DNA of 64,000 bases, from assembly GCF_036321535.1 (NCBI RefSeq), contig NC_087436.1, positions 74,278,001 to 74,342,000 of the forward strand. Direction: 5' to 3'. Below the pieces are notes generated by a model. The model was not told the DNA's origin and ran no database searches. It saw only the letters and a list, made by a program, of their open reading frames with translations. This document shows positions 51,473-64,000 of this stretch, piece by piece; positions within the stretch are counted from its first letter, which is position 1, and each line of letters begins with the position of its first letter. The position numbers were made by a program, and so were the translations under genes. The DNA comes from Camelus dromedarius (taxonomy: Eukaryota).

Positions 51473-52043
51473 TGTGTTAGTTTTCTATTGCTGTGTAACA
51501 AATTACCACAAACATAGCACCTTAAAGCAACACAAATGTATTAGCTCACAGTTCTGCAGGTCAAAAGTCCCGTATGACTCAGTTGAGTTCTGTGCTTAGG
51601 GTCACAGGGCTGAAATGAAATGTCTGTCACCTAGGCTGGGTTCTTATCTGGAGGCTCTCAGGAAGAATCCACTTTCAAGCTCATTAAAATTGTTGGTTCA
51701 GTTTAGTTCCTGTGGTTTCCTTACTGGATGTCACTTAGAACAGCTCTCTGCTCCTAGAGGCAGCCTGCACCTTTTTGTCATATGGACCCCTCTATCTTTA
51801 AGCCTGCAAAACACATCAATTCTTTCCCCCCATGCCCTGTGCTGTAAATATCTGTCTTCCTTACTGCTTTTAAAAAGACTCACCTGGTTGGGTCAGACTT
51901 ACCTGCATAATCTCTGTATCTTAAGGTCCATCGTCTTGGAACTGTAATTGCATCTACAAACTCCCCTCACAGTAAATTAATGTTTGGTTGAGTAACCAGG
52001 AGACAGGAATCGTGGGGCCATCTTTAGAATTCTGCCTACCACA
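51473..52043 (-). mobile_element. MLT1D/E-like MaLR solo LTR
   Basis: Reverse start tgtggtaggcagaattctaaagatggcccc; attgctgtgtaacaaattaccac. 5-bp TSD GCAGC/GCAGT. Confidence 0.85.
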
Positions 52044-53020
52044 GCAGTCCATGGTGAAACTTTCAAACCAGCATCACTTTTCATTATCCAGTTGCTTTCA
52101 AAGCTTGAGGTTTCAAAAGTATTTTCTTCCTAAAGACTCCCACTTACAGTGGTTTCAGTAATTCTCCCTTCCTACTTGTGTTCTATGCATTTACAAAAAC
52201 TCCTTTGAAAACATCTAAGTGCTTCCCCAACATTGAGTTTGACAGCCCATCCAACATGATCGAGTTCCCTAGCTCGCAGTATTAAGACTGGAAAACTCAG
52301 ACACAGGTTCAAGTGATTTGACCAAGTTGATTTTTGTCATTTCCTGGTGCCTTTATAACTGGTTGCAGAATTGAGAACTAATACTTTAATTTTGGTAACT
52401 AGAATAATAGAATTTAGCATTGAGAAGTCCCAAGATCTTTACAGGCCAACTGAAGATCAGAGAAATGGATTCACAGAGTTGGTTCCTCAGGGGTGAGCTC
52501 AGAGCCGGGTCCCTGGATTCCTGGGTAGAGCACTGTTCTCTACACTCTGCTGCCTCCTTGCTTCTCCAGAGGTGTCGGATCCTGCCGGGAGACGTTGAGG
52601 TTTATTGGTTTAAGCCACCATATAAATCTCTGGCAATCTGGAAAACATTTATTGAAAATCATGCCTAGATTACAGCATTTTCCTTAGTTCCAAAGAAAAA
52701 AATTTAAACTAGCTAAATCCATTCCAAGAAAAGTTATCTTCTGTCAGCTTGAAACTAGCTGAGGGAGGGAGGGAGCTGGTGGAGTTGACCTGTTCCCGTT
52801 TAGATGCCGGTGTTTTAGGGGTCCTTGAGCCTTAAACTCTCATTGGACTTGAGGATTTTGCATTTCCTCCAATAGAGAACAAAAGAATTGTGTACCTGAC
52901 TTTCACAAAACTCTCATAAAGCCCCCTTATATTTCAAGATGAATTCCAGACAAGCTGGTGGCAAAGTCACCCAACTTGCCAAGTCAAGACTAGAACCTGG
53001 GTCATCCTGTGGCTTTACAC

Positions 53021-53322
53021 CAGAGGCGATGACCGGCTGCCAACCAGCCCAGTCTCTCCTGAAAAAGTGTTTTATTTGGCCCCCAGAATGGTGGTGTTTT
53101 TTTTTTTTTTTTAATTAATTTCCAACATGTAAAAACTGGAAATTTTCACATAAAAACCTGTCCAGCTTTTTTCTTAGAAGTTGGGAGCTCAGGTAATGGT
53201 GGACCTATTTTCTGCAAGGCCCTGGAGATGGGGCACGAGTGTTCCAGGCACCCCCAGTCCCCCTGGTTCGCTTCATGCATTTACCTTCTCCGTTTCCATA
53301 GGAATCTGAGTCATGACACCAG
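53021..53322 (+). mobile_element. MER102-like hAT DNA transposon
   Basis: gtgttttatttggccc...ccaacatgtaaaaactgg...tttcacataaaaac...gcttcatgcatttac...tagg..tctgagt. Confidence 0.7.
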
Positions 53323-53677
53323 CCTTACCCCAAGCTGCTGTTTTGAGACACCTTGTCTGACTGCTCAAACAATTTCTTATCTGGGCTGTACATACAAGTA
53401 TGTTTGGCTCTTGTCCCCTAGCAGTTGAAGATAATGAGCCAGATTTTCAGCCTAGGTGAGCTGCTTCCTGGCATTAATTCTAGCCATTTAAAAAGAGCGT
53501 TTTCTCCGTAGGCCCTTCATCAGTTACCACGTGCTCAGCATTCACATAATTTTAAACAGTTCTTTTTCTAAGGGGCTTGCTTAGTCATCAGGAAATTCTG
53601 ACTTTAAGTAAACAAAACATTTGGTATTTGTGAAGTCAAAGAATTTATTTAGGAAAGCCACCTTGCCATCTAAAGAA

Positions 53678-54085
53678 CTTATGACTGAATTGTGTCCCGC
53701 CCCCCGACCCCAATTTCATATGTTGATGCTCTGACCCCCCAATACCTCAGAATGTGACTATATTTAGAGACATTTAAATATTTAAATAATCAGTTAAAAT
53801 GAGCCCTTAGGGTGGGCTCTAATCCAGTCTGACTCCTGTCCTTTTAAGAAGAAATTCGGACACACACAGAGGCACGAGGGATGCACACAGAGGAAGGACA
53901 CAGTGAAAAGACAGTGAGAACACAGTGAAAAGATGGCCACGTGCAAGCCAAGGAGAGAGGCCTCTGAAGAAGACCAACCCGCTGATATCTTGATCTTGAA
54001 CTTCCAGCCTCCAGAACTGTGAGAGAATTAATTTCCATCGTTTCAGCCAGGTGTTTTGCTGTGGCAGCCCTAGCTAACTAATACA
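53678..54085 (+). mobile_element. MLT1B-like MaLR solo LTR
   Basis: ctgaattgtgtccc...tacctcagaatgtgact...gcaagccaaggagagaggcctc...cttccagcctccagaactgtgaga...ggcagccctagctaactaataca. Confidence 0.88.
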
Positions 54086-54199
54086 GCTTCCTAAGATGTC
54101 TCTCTTTGGAGGAATGCCTGTGTCGTCTGATGAAATGTATGCAGTAAGGTAATTGATCATTCTTGAGTTTATGCAGCCAGACTCCCTAGTTGACTGACA

Positions 54200-54372
54200 G
54201 CTGCGATTCTTTGCTGCACATGAGAATTCATCTGCAGAAATTTTAAAATGACAATGGGATCATCCCCCAAGATTCTGACTCAGTTGGTTTGGGGTTGGCC
54301 CTGGGCTTCCGGTTTTAAAAGGCTCCCAAATGGTTTGCAGGTGCAGCCTGGGGTGAGAATTCTTAACTCAGA
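54200..54372. mobile_element. MER5-like DNA transposon
   Basis: gctgcacatgagaattca...agattctgactcagttggtttggggtt...aaggctccc...gtgcagcc...tgagaa. Confidence 0.65.
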
Positions 54373-55662
54373 GGGAAGGACTCCCCCCCCCCCCCCACTG
54401 CCGACCCCACGCCCTAAGGAGGGCCCAAGGCTTCCACAGTTCTCACTGGGGATTCCACAGCTGCCCAGGCCCTCCAGAAATAGGGGGAATAGGTGTACTG
54501 CCTATCTTTTACCTCTCAGGGCCTTGGGTAAAAATGAGCCTCTGCCCTTGGGCCTCATTATTAGTGGAACAGCCTTAAGTCTGCAGGCGGTCGCAGCTGC
54601 CCGTGTGAGACACTCACTCACGCAGCGTGGCCTGGCTGGGATCCATGTTTCTTTTCTCTCTTTTTTTTTTTTTAATCTCTTATCTCCCTGCCACTGATAT
54701 CCTGTGTTTAATTTCTTGTCCCACCTTTCATACCAGTTGAGGGTGAGGCCTCTGGGAGGGTGTTCCAGGAAGCTGTGGCTTCCCATCTGCACCTTGGCCA
54801 TAGAGCTTGAAGTCCCACAGAAGACAGAGCCCCTCAGAGGAGGAGCGTGCTTCTGAGGCCCAGACCCATGTGTATGGCTTTCCTTCCCCAGCACTGGTGA
54901 GACCCAGGGCCTTCCCTCGGGTTCTGGACGGTTCTGTGGATGTGGCTGCTTTTTGCCACATCTCTTACGATTACAGTGGTGTTTTCTGACGTTTATGTAT
55001 CTATGTAAACTCAACAATTTTCTTAACTTAATTCGTGGCAGTTCTCAGCAGTCTCTCCTGAGCCTGGTAGACTGAAATCGTGTTGTAACTTCATTCCCTG
55101 ATAAGTGCTGTCCTGGCAACTTCTACTGTGTCAGGGCCGACCCACCTGACCTGGCAAACCACAGAAGACTCCGAGTGCACTAGGCGCTCCCGCTGAACAC
55201 TTTGATCACAGAAGCAAGCAGAACTGGGTCACTTTCAGGCCCTTACAGATTATCGGGAAAAGAAAGAATTTTACTGGGGATTGGAGTCTCAAGTTTTGGT
55301 TGATTGAAGGTGGTATCATCAAAATCCTAAAAAAGGAAAAAAGGGCAGTTTGCCACACTGTAGGTCTAGAGTTTAAGAAAAGTCCAGTGATACCCAGTGT
55401 CTCTTAAAGCTGGAGAAAATTCTGGTCTCCCTCAGTGCAGACAGATGTTTGTAATGACAATCCTGAGCTGCTCACCGGAGCCTGCCCACTCTCCCCCTGA
55501 GAGTGTACGGTTTATCCCTTAATACATCCTCGCTTTACTTTCTTTAAAAAAAGTCTTAAACTGTTCATGTGAATGCATTATTCAGACAATGACGTATGAA
55601 AGTGTGACAAAGGTCTTCCAACTCTTACATTTTGTAATTTCTTGAAAGTAAATGCAGAACAA

Positions 55663-56181
55663 GCAGGGACTTGAAGAGCTATGTGGATATGCATGTCCAT
55701 AGTGGTATTATTTACAGTAGCCAAAGGTAGAAGCAACTCAAGCAAGTGTCCGTTGACAGATGAATGGGTAAGCAAAATGTGGTATCTACACATAACAGAA
55801 CATTGTTCAGCCTTTATAAGGAAAGAAACCCTGTCACATGCTACAGCATGGGTGAGACTTGACATGATGCTAAGTGTGAAGTAAGCCAGTCACAAAAAGA
55901 ACAAATGCTGTATGATTCCACTGAGATGAGGTATCTAGAGTAGTCAGTTCATAGAGACAGAAAGTAGAATGATGGTTGGTGGCGGCTAGCAGGGCAGGGG
56001 AATGGGGAGTTAGTGTTTAATGGGAACAGAGTTTCAGTTTGAAAAGATGCATGAGTTCTGGAGATGGCTGGTGGTGATGGCAACACAGTAATGTGAATGT
56101 ACTTAATGCCACTTAACTGTACACTTCAAATGGTTAAGATGGTAAACTGTATGCGTATTCTACCATAATTTTTTTAAAAAG
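55663..56181 (+). mobile_element. Old L1 (L1MB-like) ORF2 end plus 3'UTR
   Basis: ORF LFTVAKGR..SKCPLTDEWVSKMWYLH. TSD AAATGC(A/T)GAACAA at 55650-55662 and 56182-56194. Confidence 0.9.
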
Positions 56182-56389
56182 AAATGCTGAACAAATAAGA
56201 GATGTTATTATAATTATTATGCAAACCAAAGTGAATTATTTGATATGATGTTTTATGCATTTCTTTTGTGGTCAGATTTATATAGAGAAGAGCCAAAGTT
56301 GCAAAGAATTGCTTTTATTATGCTTGAGAAGTAAGTCTTAAACATGAAACAGACTGCTCAAAAGAGAGGAAAAAAAAAGGCCTTTGTTA

Positions 56390-57920
56390 GACATTTTGAG
56401 AAACCTAATCTTCCAGACCTATGGATCTGCCCACTTCTGTCTCCCAGACACTTGCCCAAAACTAAGGTCATCTTTCCCATCAAAGCTACTCTTCACCTGT
56501 TCTTCCCTCTTTCAGTGAATTGTATCATCATCCATCCAGTTGCCCAAGCTTGAAGTCTAGGCATCTTCCTTGACCCCTCCATTTTTTTCACCACCTCCTA
56601 CATTTAATCCAACTTAACAGGGCCTCTGTCTGACCATTCAAAGTCTTGTACACAACTGTTCACTGTTCGTGGCAGCGTTATTCATAACAGACAAAATGTG
56701 GAGACAGTCCAAATGCCTATCAACTGCTCAAAGGGTAAACAAAATATGGTGTATAATGGGTACTATTCAACAATAAAAAGGAATGAACTATAGTACTGAA
56801 ACATGTTACAACATGAGGATGAACCTCAAAAACATGCTGCTAAGTGAAAGAAGCCAGGCCTAAAAGATTACATATCGTATGGGTCCGTTTATTTGAAATA
56901 TCTAGAACAAGGCAAATCTGTAGAAACAAACAGCAGATCATGAGTTGCCTGAGGTTGGGAGTGAGAGCAAGGATAAGGCATAAGGGAACTTTTTAAGGCG
57001 ATGGAAATGTCCTAAAACCGGATGACGGTAATTGTTGCACAGCTCTGTAAATGTACTAAAAATCATTGATTTACACACTTCAAAAAAGTTAGCATCTTAT
57101 TTGGAAAGTAACTTAATTGATATTGAATCAAGTAGATTGATTATGGAAAGGATGCAAAGAAGCATGACTGTATAAAGAAACATTTTAAAGAAAGTTTCAC
57201 AAAAGATTAACAAGGCCTTATCCATTCCACTTCCTAATTTTTATCCCCATCTTCCCCTTTAATCCTCTCTGGCATTACCCTACTTCAGGCTGTTTATTTG
57301 TTTGTTCAACAGATATCTGAGCACCCACCATGTCCCACATGCTGTTCTCTGTGCTTGAGAGAGAGTAAGTAAACCAAGCAGAAAGCCCTGCTCTCACAGA
57401 GCTCACAGTCGGGGTGGAAGGACGCATCACCTTCAGACTGTACTCCTGGGGCCACGTTCTAAACTAGTCTCTGGCCTTGCTCCCCTCCCACCAGTGGCCA
57501 CTGCAGGCAAAGTGATCCTTCTCAAATGCAAATCTGATCCCATCCCTCTGCTTAAAACTTCCAATGCCTTCCCACTGCTTCTTGGATAAACTTTCAGACT
57601 CCTAACCGGGACCTGACCAGAGCTGCCTGCCCAGACCTTTGTGTCCAGGCTGCGTCCAGTCCCCTTTGCTGCTCCTTTTTTGGGCTCTACTCCAGCTGTA
57701 CTGCTTTCTTTCCATTCCTGGGTCTTGCTGGGCTCTCTTCTCTCCAGTCTCTTTGCCCAGTGAAATCCCACCCACTCCCTAGACCTCAGTTTAGAATCTT
57801 TTCATAGGCCCCCAGTTTGTGTAGGATGCCTTCCTGTCCTCCAGCCTGACAGACAGATTCCATCACACAGTGCCCGCGGCATAGTAGTTGCTCAATAAAA
57901 CATGCATTTTAGATGAATGA
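56390..57920 (+). mobile_element. L2 LINE (+) interrupted by an old L1 (about 56625-57205) and an opposite-strand L2 tail (about 57295-57420)
   Basis: catccatccagttgcccaagc...; aaatgcaaatctgatc...ctgcttaaaac; tail gcatagtagttgctcaataaa...gatgaatgaa. Confidence 0.75.
56625..57205 (+). mobile_element. Ancient L1 (L1MC/ME-like) 3' end
   Basis: gcagcgttattcataa...caaatgcctatcaac...gatgaacctcaaaaacatgct..taagtgaaagaagccag. TTAACA(G/A)GGCC flanks both ends. Confidence 0.78.
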
Positions 57921-58107
57921 ACACCCAGAAAGAAACATCCAAGCAGAGACAGGTTTAACTAATATTGACTTTGTTATCTATGTGATGCCACGGCCTCCAC
58001 ACTTAAGGGAAAGAGTGTTTCTCAGTGTTCTGAGCTAGGAAACAAAAGCTTTCCCTACTATTTCCATTAAAGATACCATGGGAAAGTCAAGACGATTTAT
58101 CCCTCTT

Positions 58108-58285
58108 TTTTTTTCAACTGAAGTATAGCTGTTTTACAATATTGTGTTAATTTCTGGTGTACAGCATAGTGATTCATTTATACATATATACATATTCCTT
58201 TTCATATTCCTTTTCATTATGGGCCATTACAAGGTATTAAATACAGTTCCCTGTGCTATACGGTAGGACCTTGTTGTTTATCTAT
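58108..58285 (-). mobile_element. Short L1 3'UTR insertion
   Basis: Poly-T, gaagtatagctgttttacaat...gttccctgtgctatac..taggaccttgttgtttatct. Perfect TSD GATTTATCCCTCTT at 58094-58107 and 58286-58299. Confidence 0.92.
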
Positions 58286-59459
58286 GATTTATCCCTCTTA
58301 AAAAAATAAAACACGGCAAAATTTTCCAGTCTCATTGTACACACGTAAGACTAATGTAAATGAAGTGATATTCTTACAAAGCTCTGAGCTCATTTGGCTA
58401 AAATAAATGAAGGTAGTATATTTTCAGAGAGAAATAAAGTAGAAAAAATTCTATCCCTGCTGTTGGCATTTAAGTGTATTGCTTTAGCAGGCATATGTCT
58501 TAAATGTTTTGATCAGACACCTCTTGCTGTAAATTATTCTGTTATTTCAAGTTAAGGACAAAAAAAAGATAAGAAAAGAAAATATCCTTTTTATCCCCTC
58601 CCCTAGCCTGTATTGATAGGAATTGTAAGCTCAAACTGTGTGAGAAGTTTCCTAGTTTAAAATTTATTTACTCCCCAAAGAAAAGCTACTTTTTTTTTCA
58701 TTTTTTTTAAAAACATACATGGGTTTTAATTTGGTGAGAAAACTATCCTTGCCATTAAGAGGATTCTGCTTCATTACCTCTTATAAAAAAGCCCTCACCC
58801 CCCCCCCAAATTTGCAGAACTAAAGGAAGCATAAATTAAAACAACATTTGTTGTTTGTTGCTTTGAAAAACAAACACCCATCTCCAAAGGAAAAAAAACT
58901 GCAAACAAGGCCAGATTCAAAAACAGCCCCTTCCCTGAATTAAACCAGTCAATATAAACAGCTTAGCTTCCTGACTGGATAAGAAAGAAAAAACAAGATG
59001 GGGTTGGGGGGATAGGAAAAAGAATTAGAAGGGAATTGAGTTGGATTCGTTATTTTGCCTCTTGGCTTGACTGTCCTCAACAGTTAGCTGTATGAATCTC
59101 TGTCAGACTTTTGACTTCTTTGGACTTCACAAGCTTCTTTGCCATTATCCATTACCCATATATAATTTTTAAAATAACCTATTGGCCAGTGGTTCAAAAA
59201 GAGATGTTCGTCCAAAGGAAAAGAAAGACCCACAGTTTTCCTCTCTGCTTCTGCAGACTCTTACATATTTCTCTTTTTCCCCCTTTGGTCCACATAAAGA
59301 GAAAGGATATTTATGTGTAACTGCGAGGCAGCTTGCGAACAGAAAAAAAGAGGGGAGGGGGCAGCCACAGGAGCAGTGATGTATTTTCCTCTTCAGAATA
59401 TATTTGGTTTTTTTTTTTTCTTTTTTGTTCTTTCATTAAAAAAAAAAAGCTTTGAAAAT

Positions 59460-59625
59460 GTTAAAATTGTAGTAAAAAACACATAACATAAAATTTGCCA
59501 TCTTAACTATTATAAAGTGTACAGTAGTGTTAAGTATATTCACATTGTTCTACAACAGATCTCCAGAACTTTTTGCAAAACTGAAACTCTACACTCATTA
59601 AATGACAACTTCCTATCGTTCCTCT
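59460..59625 (-). mobile_element. Old L1 3'UTR end
   Basis: attgtagtaaaaaacacataacataaaatttgccatcttaac...ctccagaac...ctgaaactctac. Confidence 0.8.
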
Positions 59626-61069
59626 TTACTGTTGTTTTAAAATTGGAATTAAAAATATGGATTCTTCTGATTCTATAGGATGTCCTCTACCTCATATGTC
59701 AGGAAGTCAAAACTTTAAAATGTTTCTTCTGTAATGGAAAAGATACCTGTTTTCTGTGAACAGTGATCAGTTGCTTGCATTTCTCTAGGTGACGTATCTT
59801 TTCCTCTCTCCTACCCATTCTAATGTAAATGAAGGAGGAAACAAACCCTCCTGGAGCCCTCAGCGGACTGGCCTCTCTGACTCTCCCCCTATCGTGGGGA
59901 TCAAGGGTGAGTTGTCCTCTGATCACATAGAACCATCCTCCTTACCAGGAGCACACGTAAATTTCCAGAAGCCATTTCCTCCCTCCTGCCCACGTAGCCT
60001 CTCTGTTCCTCCCACTCTCCAGCAACTGTGACTGGCTGGTCTTTGGTCTCACATTTCACACCAGCTGCCAGGGTCCCCACTTGGGTTGGCTCCAGTTTTC
60101 TGAAGCCTGGCACTTAGTTAATAAGAAAACCAGGGATGTAAATCACGGACTCAGACAGTTTCCTGTGGGGGAGCTTTTAAGTTCCCATCAGATCTTTTCA
60201 TTCCGGCTCATGAAGAGGAGACCAGTCCTCTCTTTAGACACAAATATGAATATGGACTAGAGATAAGCAAGGCGGGGTGAGGCAGGGAGCAGAAGGGAAG
60301 CTTGAAGTCAAAATGCTTAGCACAGGCTTTCACTCTTTTGCTTAAAACACATCCATTTAATGAAGAGTGGGCATCTCATGCTGGATTTTTTTTTTTTAAA
60401 CAGCAGAATTCTTACTCGGGCAGTTCCAATACCGATAGGGGACGGGTTCTCACTTGATAATTAGTAATATGAAATTTCCATTGGTATTTCTGGAAACAAG
60501 TTTTAAAGCACTACTTGTTCTGTGAACTCAGTGTAGTTGCAAAACTCTGATGGAACATTTACTGAGGATCTGTTCTCTACCATACACTGCAATAGATACA
60601 TGAGTAGGAGAGATGTGTTCCCTGCCTTCTAGAATCTTACCTTCTGGTTATCAGAACCCTGAAATATATTACAGTAGAGAAGGCTGAGGGCTGATACAGG
60701 CTGAGGGAAGAAGTTGGGGGCCCTAAAGTTCTGTAAGGGAGAAGATAAGGTAAATGAAGCACTCAGTAGAGTGCCTGGGACACAGTGTTCGTTAAATGAA
60801 CACTGTTGTTAATAGCAAGAATAATAGCATCATCCAGATGGACATTAGCCCCAGGAGTAGATGTAATACAGGAAACACAGGGCACACGCACAATAAAACA
60901 AACAGTGCTTCAAAAGCCGCATATAAGCACTAGAAACTTAGTTCATCTATTCTGGGGGTGGTTAGAGTGGTTGGAGAGGTCTTGAAAGAATAGGACTTAC
61001 ATCAACAAAGGGGGACAGAAACGACCTGGACTCGGAAAAAGTAGCTGACGAGCATGGGTTTAATGGTCT

Positions 61070-61440
61070 GGAAACATTAATTCACCCAGTACTAACATGT
61101 GCTGGGCACCTTGGGCATCAGAGATAAAGGAGGCATAAGGCATAACCCCTGCTCCTGAAACACCTAGTCTAGGATGGGAGATTTTTTGTTTTAATGGCAC
61201 CAATAGCTCTATTCAAGGGAAAATGTGGTAAGGGTTACCAGACGATTGAATGATGTACTTTTGAACATTCAGAGGAGGGAGAAATTGCTTTTAGTTAAGG
61301 ATCAGAGAGAAGTTGCATTGAGAAAGGAATACATTTTGCAGGTCCTGGGAGGTTGTCTAGAATTTCCTTAGCAGAAACTGGGGTTGAGGAAGGAAGCTCA
61401 ACCCAGACAAAGGAAAATATGAATAACGTGCCAAGGCACA
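61070..61440 (-). mobile_element. Degraded L2 3' fragment
   Basis: atgtgctgggcacc...cccctgctcct...agtctag...cagaggagggagaaattgct. Confidence 0.55.
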
Positions 61441-61884
61441 TTTGGTGAATAAATTGGTATCCTCTTGGTTAAGGAGGGAAACCATTAATGCTTGCAAAAT
61501 GGTAATTATTGGACTCATCAAATGTAGTTAGAAAAACTCTGTCCCTTACAGCCAAGTCAGGTACGGATGGAATCAGGCAAAGTTAAAGTGCTCTTCATTT
61601 AGGGAAAAAGCACAATTTTTAAGGGAAAAATATAGTAATTTCATTTACTGAGGAAAAAGAAGATCATTCTGGAGAGATCTGGGGCTTTGCTCTTCCTCCA
61701 CTAGACCTATGAGGCAAAAAGTTGTTTTCAGTAGCTTTCTTTTTCTGGGTGCTCTGAATGGCAATAAGGTCTTTGTCTACAGAGAATGGATGTGTCCACT
61801 TTCCTTCACCCCCTAGGAGACAGCAAAACCTCATCTTCTTATTAAAGTGGTTTAACCTGCCATGTTCTCCTGCTCATCTAGGAT

Positions 61885-62086
61885 GGTGCGAGAACAAGTC
61901 CTGGGCTTTGGAGTCAGACAGGCCTCTTGGATTCTTCCTTCTGCCCCTTCTCCACTGTTGGCTTTGGCAAGTTACATAAAATCTGAGCTTCATTTTCTCT
62001 TCGGTAAAATGGGACCAGTAACAAGGCTACCTTGAGGTATTACTGTAAAAATTAGAAATAAGGTATATGAATCCTGAGGCATGTGT
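61885..62086 (+). mobile_element. MIR SINE
   Basis: tgggctttggagtcagaca...ctttggcaagttac...ctgagcttcatttt...gtaaaatggga. Confidence 0.8.
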
Positions 62087-62101
62087 AAAACTAGTAGTGG
62101 A

Positions 62102-62360
62102 CAAGGAACCCTCCTACACTGTTGGTGGGAATGTAGTTTGGTGCAGACACTATGGAGAATGGTATGGAGGTTCCTCAAAAAACTAAAAATAGAACTATCA
62201 TATGATCCAGCAATCCTACTCCTGGATATACATCTGGATAAAAGTATAATTCAAAAAGACACCTACACCCCAGTGTTCATAGTAGCACTACTTACAATAG
62301 CCAAGATGTAGAAACAACCTAAATGTCCATTGACAGATGACTGGATGAAGAAGGTGTGGC

Positions 62361-62404
<44 letters not shown>

Positions 62405-62894
62405 TGTGTGTCTCTCTCTATATATAATGGAATATTACTCAGCCATTAAAAAGAATGAAATAATGCCATTTGCAGCAACATGGATGGGCCTAGAGATTAT
62501 CATATTAAGTGAAGTAAGTTAGAGAATGACAAAGATCACATGATGGCACTTATATGTGGACTCTAAAAAAAGATACAACTTTTATTTACAAACCAGAAAT
62601 AGACTCATGGACATAGAAAACAAACTATGGTTACCAGGGGGGAGAAGGGGGGAGGGATAGATTAGGAGTTCGGGATTAATAGATACACATTACTGTATAT
62701 AAAACAGATAAACAACAAGGACCTACTGCGTAGCACAGGGAACTATATTCAATTTCTTGCAATGAGCTGTAATGGAAAAGAATCTGAAAAATATATATGT
62801 GTATGTATATGAATAACTGAATCACTTTGCTTACACATGAAACTAACATTGTAAATTGACTACACTTCAATTAAAAATAAGAATTATATTAAGA
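62102..62894 (+). mobile_element. L1 3' end (ORF2 C-terminus and full 3'UTR) with an internal (CA)n
   Basis: [50 protein letters not shown](C/T)TA(G/A)TAGTGGA at 62087-62101 and 62895-62909. Confidence 0.93.
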
Positions 62895-64000
62895 AAAATT
62901 AATAGTGGATACAAAATAATTGGTGGCTGTTACTGTGACTGAGAGGCTACAGCTCAGCTCTTTCTGGTCTACCACCGAGAAATGGTGGCCAACAGCCTGC
63001 CACAATCTGCCCAGGACCCTGCTATCTTATTGCCTTTGGCCAATACAACCACACTTTGGACACCTCCCAAAGGTGCTGATTACAAGAACTTTAAAAAGAA
63101 ATTCTCTCTCCCATCTTATCTTCTGGTTCCCAGGCAAAGGCACTAAAGTATGTGGAATAACACTGACATCCGGCTTGGAGTAGAATAGCTTCCTGAACAC
63201 CTCCTGGGAGAAACTTGTGCTTAAAAGCAAATAAGCTGGAAAGTCAAGAAAAATTTTCCTCTTGCTGGAATCTACATGTGAAAGTATAAAATGAACCTGT
63301 TTGACTTGAGGCAGATGAAAAAGATCCTAGAAAATGACCTATTATCGTGGTGCTTGGTGGCTAGAAGCTTTTTTTAAGCGCATTGTTTGTGGGTTTTTTT
63401 TAAAAAAAAAGTAGAGGCAAATTGGCTTCTGTAAGTCAAATAGTTAGAGTGAGACTGCCAAAAAAGTAAACAAGAGCTACATTTAATTTCTCTGTTTTTC
63501 TTTTACGAGCCAGAGACGCTAATACTTCCAGACCAAGGAAGCTGCCAACTAGCTAGTGGAAAATTTTATTTTCAAAAATAAGTTTACAAATGAAGGTGAT
63601 TTTTTTAAACCTGAAGCACCAAATAGGATTGAACTCCTTTAGAAAAATATGTAAACATTAAATTACTTGTTGTCTAAACCTCAGTGGCAGAAAATCGTCA
63701 AAGCGAGTCATCTACATTTCAGAAATTCCACTTGGTTTTTACCCTAGCAACTTTTCCTGTTTTTATCCCTTGACGTTACACTTCTGTAGCACTTTGGATT
63801 GTTCTTAAAGCAGTGTATGTCAATGTTGATATCATTTAAGTATTTAAAATATTTATGTGTATGTAAGACTTCATATAACACAATCTTAGGGAGAAAACCT
63901 AGTCAGTAGAATAGATGTCTTGATGGTATGAGTAACACTAATAAGGTGTCCTTTTTGAAAGGCCTAAGGTTCTGATCTAATGGAAAAACCAGAAGTGCCA

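Noticed and set aside
3849..54282. Window-wide AP-1 (TGASTCA) enrichment
   Set aside because: About a dozen sites seen by eye against roughly eight expected by chance in 64 kb. Not convincing without a proper background model.
2060..62894. A novel short dispersed repeat family (the recurring gaatcactgtgctgtacaccagaaa unit)
   Set aside because: The copies have variable 5' ends and are collinear with the 3'UTR of the longer L1 at 62102-62894, so they are 5'-truncated L1s.
1..64000. Protein-coding genes from the ORF track (longest 183 aa at 25554-26105 and 171 aa at 54502-55017)
   Set aside because: No recognisable domain and low-complexity composition. Many ORFs overlap MIR, L2 or LTR sequence, and the only recognisable peptides are broken L1 ORF2 and L2 reverse-transcriptase remnants.
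1..64000. CRISPR arrays, operons or other prokaryote-type systems; CpG-island promoter
   Set aside because: The DNA is mammalian, repeat-rich and CpG-depleted. I saw no repeat-spacer array and no CpG island.

Overview
This is non-coding mammalian genomic DNA (intronic or intergenic), most likely from a camelid. The only lineage-specific SINEs are four tRNA-Ala(AGC)-derived elements resembling the camelid vic-1 family. I saw no Alu, Bov-tA/A2, PRE1 or CHR-type SINEs. No protein-coding exon, host gene or RNA gene can be supported: the ORF track consists of chance ORFs and decayed L1/L2 remnants. The window is a layered record of transposable elements. Ancient MIR, L2, L3/CR1, MER5/MER20/MER102 DNA transposons and MLT1/MER21-like LTRs are overlaid by old L1M and many short, younger L1 3' ends with readable target-site duplications (TSDs). 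Several multi-kb repeat-poor blocks contain clusters of transcription-factor motifs. I did not find a new biological system. The most unusual structures are a chimeric retro-insertion at 24.9-25.25 kb, twin-priming L1 inversions, and extremely truncated L1 tails. The chimera joins a non-L1 polyadenylated 3' end to an opposite-orientation L1 ORF2 fragment within a perfect 20-bp TSD. Repeat family names are recalled from consensus motifs, not from a database search. Boundaries of old elements are approximate.
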